DNA of 64,000 nucleotides from Eledone cirrhosa. Its lineage: Eukaryota. The stretch lies in NCBI GenBank assembly GCA_964016885.1, contig OZ024741.1:45012001-45076000 (forward strand), in the 5' to 3' direction. Shown here one piece after another: positions 57,752 to 64,000 of the stretch. Every line of letters begins with the position of its first letter. Within the stretch, counting starts at the first letter, position 1. The translations under genes were made by a program, and so were the position numbers. The notes below the pieces were generated by a model. It worked only from the letters and a program-made list of their open reading frames with translations. It made no database searches and was not told the origin of the DNA.

Positions 57752-60700
57752 CTTTAATTCCTTTAAAGCTCCATCAACACCCCTTCACTCCCACACTCAT
57801 TAACAACGCCCACCCTCAGACATACCTAAATCTCTTATGTATAGAGTCACATATCACAACATAACCTGAGATCAGTTTGATAATCGCCACCGATGAATGC
57901 GAGACAGTTCTCCAGGAAAGTTAACCGGGAATCTTTAAAAGATCTCCCCACCGAAGTTAACAAAATACGTAATAGATCTACAAAACGAAATTGTAAAATG
58001 ATATCATAAAATTAAATTGTTTAAAACTAGAAATTAAGCAATTCTTTTCCTTTTTTCATATATATGTATATATAAATTACTGGCCCATCAAACAAATATA
58101 TCTATTCTAAGAATTGAAACAGAGGTCCATGGTTCTACTTTTACCCTCAAATAGCAATTTACCTATCCAAATTCGGGGAAGTATAGCCACTACACACATA
58201 CTATAACATTTGATTGACCACTGACAGGGTGGAATATAGAAGACGGTAATGGCAGAAGACCGTTGTACATACACATATGTATGGGACTGCGCGAGTGTGT
58301 GTGGGAGGTTATGTATATGTATGTGTATGTGTGTGTGTTTCTGTTCCATAATTTAGTAGTTCGAGTAAAATGCGTTGTATAAAATACGTATCACTTATAC
58401 CCTTGGGTCGATTTAATCGATCAACAAATTTGGATCTCCAGGATCACCACGGTTTAATGACATAAACACGTAAAAGAATAAACAGAATATAGATTGAAAC
58501 CCTGCTTTTATAAGCTGTGTCATTCGTAATTATGATATACTCCTTAAATTTTCTCGTATTAAATATAGCCAAATTTTCTTATTATTAATGCTAAGGCTAT
58601 CAGCTTCATCTATTGATACTACATTTCAAAACATTAATAAGTTCTATTTAATCGTCTCAGATAGAGGCATGCCGCTGCAAGGGAAACAAAATCATTTATT
58701 GAGAAGAATTTCATTACTACTGATTAATATTATTCTCATTAATTGTAATTTGCGAAACAGAAAATCTAGTATTGGAGTTACTAGCATTCTGTTTATCCTG
58801 AACCACCACCGGTGAAATAAGCACTAGACTGGAACTGATTTTAAACAGTTACATTTGATTAGAGTTAATTTGAGTGGCGTTTAATGGTTGCCATCTGTCA
58901 AGTCTTGCATTGAGAGTGAGAATATAAATAGCCGTTGAGAGTCGATAAAATGTTCAGTTAGACATTAAACGAAAATCGGTTCAATCTACCTTCTCTCAGC
59001 AAATTTATTATCACTTAAAGACTACCATGAGAGTCCTTTTAACTTTTCCGTTGAGAGAGGTATGTAACTCACATGAAAGAAAGCATTCTATTTACATTTC
59101 TGCAAATAGGGACATGGTAAACTATAAATTGTGGCTGCATTTGCTGCTGTAGTGATAGCGAATTCTCCGTCGGTTTGGTGATGATCATTAACATTTTGAT
59201 CAACTGAATGATCGATTCGTGAATTGGCATACGAGTGGTTCGGTATTCAAAGACACGAATGCACTTAATTTCATTTTCAGGCCGAATCAGCGTGTCACTT
59301 TATGTGACAAGATTGAACATTTGAAGTATAGTTACAATCTATCTTTATAACTTCAATGCAGTTTTCCTCAACTTAATTTTCCTCGCATGGCTTTTGTCGA
59401 GCCGATGCTATGGTAACGTCACTTGTCCAATTAGATTTATATTGGTATCGCACCAAGGACTTATGGTTGCAAAGTCAACATCTTAACTATTCAGCCATAC
59501 TTGCATTCAATGCAACAATAATATGTAGTTACAATATCATTGCACAACAATTTGTTTTCTTTCGAATGCCTAGCTTGAATCAATGGATAAACCTGAAGTG
59601 AAACGTAAACATCTTCCCCAATGCGTCATCCCGAGAAAGAAATCTTCTATAAAGGTCAAATTAAATAAAGTTGATTCTCTGCAATTTCAAAGTTATCCGA
59701 AAATTATTATATGATATTTTAAACATCAAACTTTAGAGTGAAGTGGATATATTCCCCATAGAATGCTATTCTAATTTCTATTACTTAAATGAAATATAAC
59801 TTGACATAAATATTCACCAAACAGATACAACTGAGCTCTATTGAATGTGCTATAATCTAAAACATACCAATTTGATTCTCTTCAGACATGACCCCACTGG
59901 CTCTGCTAGTTAATTGATTTATCCCACTGGAAGATGGTGTTAGGATGACCTAGATGGTGCATTCAATAATCAGTACTGCTGGCTCTTAAGTTAGTATCAA
60001 TCATTATCTATTCCAGTGTTCTTTCCTCTGCATTGGTCGAGCTTCGTTCAATGAAATTAAGTATAGAGAAATGTGGATCTAATTCAGTTCCTTGCTAACT
60101 GAAATGTATTTAATTCAATGGATACAACGGCAAAAGTTCAACGTTTATAACAATGTACAGGAATTATAATTGGTGTACGTAGGTGAAGTATATCATAGGT
60201 GCAAATGCTAAATAATTCAAATGATATCAGGAGATTTACCATATGTACGTCACCTTTGCTTGTAGTCATTTGTGGTCTTTTAACATTATTAAAATATACT
60301 TATATTTAGAAAAAACATCTGTATATTCTCTTCCTTATTGAAATTGGCATTATTATTATTGGGCTGTGAATAACAGACAAAGTAGAGACTTTGCGGTATT
60401 TATGTACGTTTCTCTTCATTGCGTTCTGTGTTCAAATTCTAATGATATTTACTTCGATACAATAAGACCCACTCAAGTAGTAGAGACTACGTAATTGACG
60501 AAATACAACACGACAGTGTGTGGCCTTTTACCTTTATCAAAATTATTGTTTGAAACGGTAGAGCACTGGAGAGAAAACGCTTGCGTTCTCAGTTGAAGTA
60601 TCACGAGGAAGGTTGATTTACGAGTCTTCATCTGGATGTCAATACAAAAAGCAATAATCAAATCCAGAGGCAGAGTTTATGGACATTTCTTCCACGTAGT

Positions 60701-61159
60701 CAGCTGTCAATAATTATAAAAGTACAGTGACATCTGAATCGCATCGAAGTCGAATTTCGGGCCTTTCCTTTCAAAACCCAGAAAGACATTATTAATAGTA
60801 AATGGAAAAATCGTTAAGGAGCCAGAGAAACCATATATGGGTGGTTAACTATAACAGTGTATGTTATGTGTTCAAGTCATGGAAATATCTTTACATTTCA
60901 TATATGTCTTATTCCTTGCTTAAATCCTGATATGATGAGAAAACTGTTATATGTGCATATAGTTGGTAATGTTTTCGTAAAGTAATACATTTGCTGTGAT
61001 TAGAGCAATGTAGTTAGTTGGAACACATTCTGTATAAACAAAGATCTATGGAAACAACCATGAATGTAGGAAAGGTGCGCGAGCACATAAATATCGTTTC
61101 ACATCCGAACATACACTCAGGCTCTCACATACACACTCTAACACATACAATTTTACTTA

Positions 61160-61339
<180 letters not shown>

Positions 61340-61941
61340 TCAAACATTAAAGTTATTGGTAATAAATCTTCTTTGATAAGGCCTGATGTTTTTTCATATT
61401 AAAAAAACTCTCCATTTACTGAAAGAGTAGACAAAATGCATTACCATTTTCAATCTCATATTTCAATTGTTTCCACTTTCAACATTGGTTTTCATTCTTC
61501 TAGCAATCGATGGAATATATAAGAAACAGATATGAGCGTGAATCCTCTACGCGCATATTTCCCCTCACAAAAATCAGAAGAAAATTTGAATTAATTTCTT
61601 ACATCTGCTCAAGTTTTCACTTTCGTATAGAAGGTAAACTAGGAATTGGTGGTATTTATTACTCTTGTTCCATTAGTGACAATCAAACAAATATCAACCA
61701 GCGAAGGTGATCATATCTTTCCATCTCGTACAGTTTCTACCCATCTGGATAGTGGTTGTTACCTTCTGTGTTGCTCGTCATTATAACAACCCCTCCATTG
61801 GATAAATAAATGTTTATGTGAAGTCGATAGTGTATAGATACACACACATGTACACCGTGTCCGAACATAGAGGAGCCGAACTTTCATTGTCATCACCACC
61901 GTCTCTCTCGCCCTCCATATCTCTCATTATTAAGATCAAAT

Positions 61942-62132
61942 GGGCGGTGGATTGGCAGTATCGCTAGAGGGTTGGATGCCATGCTTTTCAGCATAGAGTT
62001 ACATCTCTTTATGATATGAGTTCAAATCCCGCCGAGTTTAACTTTGCCTTTCATCCTTACTGGGTTGATAAAATAAAGTACCAGCAATGCACTGATATAA
62101 TTGCTGGCCTTGTGCCAAAAATAGAAACAATT
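61942..62132 (+). mobile_element. tRNA-derived SINE with ~12-bp imperfect TSD
   Basis: ttaaga(t/g)caaat on both flanks; B-box GAGTTCAAATCCC. Confidence 0.88.
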
Positions 62133-63544
62133 TTTAAGAGCAAATGTGCTCCCACGCGCTGGTTTTGTATACGTTACTACATTTTCCTATTATCTTTCCT
62201 GTTGTTCCCAAATATCTGACAGACTATTTCTTCATTCCATGCCCAAAGAATGTTGCTTGTTTTGTCTTATGTAGAAGGGGAAATGATATGTATGTGTAAA
62301 GATTATTCGGTAGGGAATCCCTATTTTAGGAAAGAATCGCTGGACAGATTTTACGGGCAAAACCAGACGGCAGGAGACCCAGTTGTAGACCCCGAGCTAG
62401 CTGGTTGTACAACATTCAGGATCTTGGCTGGTTTCGCATGAGATTCCACCCGGATCAGGTGAAGATGGTTGCTTCTGACAGGACCTGTTGGAAGGAGTGT
62501 TTGAGGACTCTGTTCCCACGACCCTCTCAGGAATAAGTCGGAGAAGAAGAAGAAGAAGAAGAAGAAGAAGAAGAAGAAGAAGAAGAAGAAGAAAACCCCT
62601 ATTCTCGGTGTAAATATAACAGTTTTTGCTTCGCCAATTCAAGAATGTACTGTACTATGATATATTAGTATATATTGGTGTCTAAGCCTTTCACTGGGAT
62701 ATTCGTCGGTCAGTATCTGAATATTTTGTTTGGCACTGATCATTGCAATAAATGCCAGTCAAGTATTGGTATCAATTTAAAATATTACCAATTTATTAAT
62801 TTTCTGTCGCTCTACTTTGACCATGATGGTGAAAAGAATTCAAGTGCTTAGTTGATTTCACTGATTCTATTTGTGTCATTGATTGGCATGTATTTTATGA
62901 CCCAAGAAGAGTAAAATGAAATGTATACTTTGAAGGGATTGGAAAGCAGAATGCTGTGAACGTCCTCTTCAAGACATAGCTAGTCTTATTTCTATTTAAG
63001 ACTCCCTAAAAATATTGCAGCTAAATAGACAAACGTTTTGCAATTATGTACATGACAGTTCGAAGGATATACATGTTATATTGCTATGTTTGTTATTCTT
63101 ATGTTTAAACCCATGTATTTCTTGATCAAACAGACCTATAATCGAAAGCATTCCACTCATGAATATCCCACCTTGTTAATTGAATATAAGTAATCCATTA
63201 TGAAATGTGCGCTTTCCTTATTGTGCGTAATATAAGTTAGATTTAGCCGCTATATCTAGCAAATCAAGTGACTACATAGAAGATCCTTCATAGTTTACAA
63301 TTAACGAAAATGTATATATTTGATTACCCTCTGACATGGAAATGTACAGGGATTATAGCCTTACGATAACTTTCTTTAAAGAATCCATGAAATATAGATA
63401 CATCACCGCTTTTTTCTTATCCAAATATAATTATGAATGCATACTTACATTTTGTTAGGCTATTTAATTCACAATCAAATGTTTCTAGGAGGCATCAGAT
63501 ATAAGTATAAACATTGACGTATTCATATTATTATAGTTGAGAAT

Positions 63545-63732
63545 GGGGCGGTCGATTGGCAGTATCGGTAGAGCATCGGACGCCATGCTTTGACGCATAG
63601 AGTTACGGCCCTTGCCATTCTGAGTTCAAATCCCGCCGAGGTTAACTTTTCCATTCATCCTTACGGGTTCGATAAAATAAAATACCAGTAATGTACTGGG
63701 TGATTGCTGGCCTTGTGTCAAAAATAGAAACA
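63545..63732 (+). mobile_element. tRNA-derived SINE with perfect 18-bp TSD
   Basis: ATTATTATAGTTGAGAAT at 63527-63544 and 63733-63750. Confidence 0.93.
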
Positions 63733-64000
63733 ATTATTATAGTTGAGAATATTTCTGACTTAAATAAATATTTCTAGTAAATTATTAAATATTTTGGTAA
63801 AACGGATATGATCCGAGTGGGGATGAAACCAAGGGTGCCTGAAAATTAGTTTTCTACTTGTATTGTATAGAGATATGGAGCCACTCATCTACACAGGAGA
63901 TTATTAACCTATCGAAAATGGTACGTGCTGTGTGTGTTGCACACATCACCAATTCGTCCATTTCTTACGTTATGAGATAATTTACTTCAGGCAGATCTGG

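Noticed and set aside
63545-63630. tRNA gene
   Set aside because: A/B boxes are present but there is no cloverleaf; multi-copy with tail and TSD, so a SINE head.

Overview
AT-rich eukaryotic DNA, most likely from an octopod cephalopod (inferred from the resemblance of the tRNA-derived SINEs to known octopus SINEs). I can support no host protein-coding gene; most listed ORFs are microsatellite artefacts. The window is dominated by retroelements inserted into long (TA)n tracts. These are Penelope-like elements (PLEs: RT plus C-terminal GIY-YIG endonuclease, of a Naiad-like type and a second type) and many non-coding derivatives. Reading both strands gives about 20 hammerhead ribozyme (HHR) motifs, intact or decayed, from roughly ten sequence families. 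Some have non-canonical cores (U3-A8, A4, CUGAGAA). Two non-coding tandem units carry one HHR each (471 nt and 666 nt) and look like retrozymes, i.e. templates for circular RNA. Most of these insertions share one architecture: two head-to-head arms whose 3' ends point outward into (TA)n, one ending at a fixed long end and the other at a fixed short end. Also present are a full-length Tigger/pogo DNA transposon, a near full-length GC-rich RTE LINE, older RTE and R4-like remnants, and SINEs with target-site duplications. Folds, alignments and coordinates were read by eye and may be a few bases off. Family letters A-G are my own labels.
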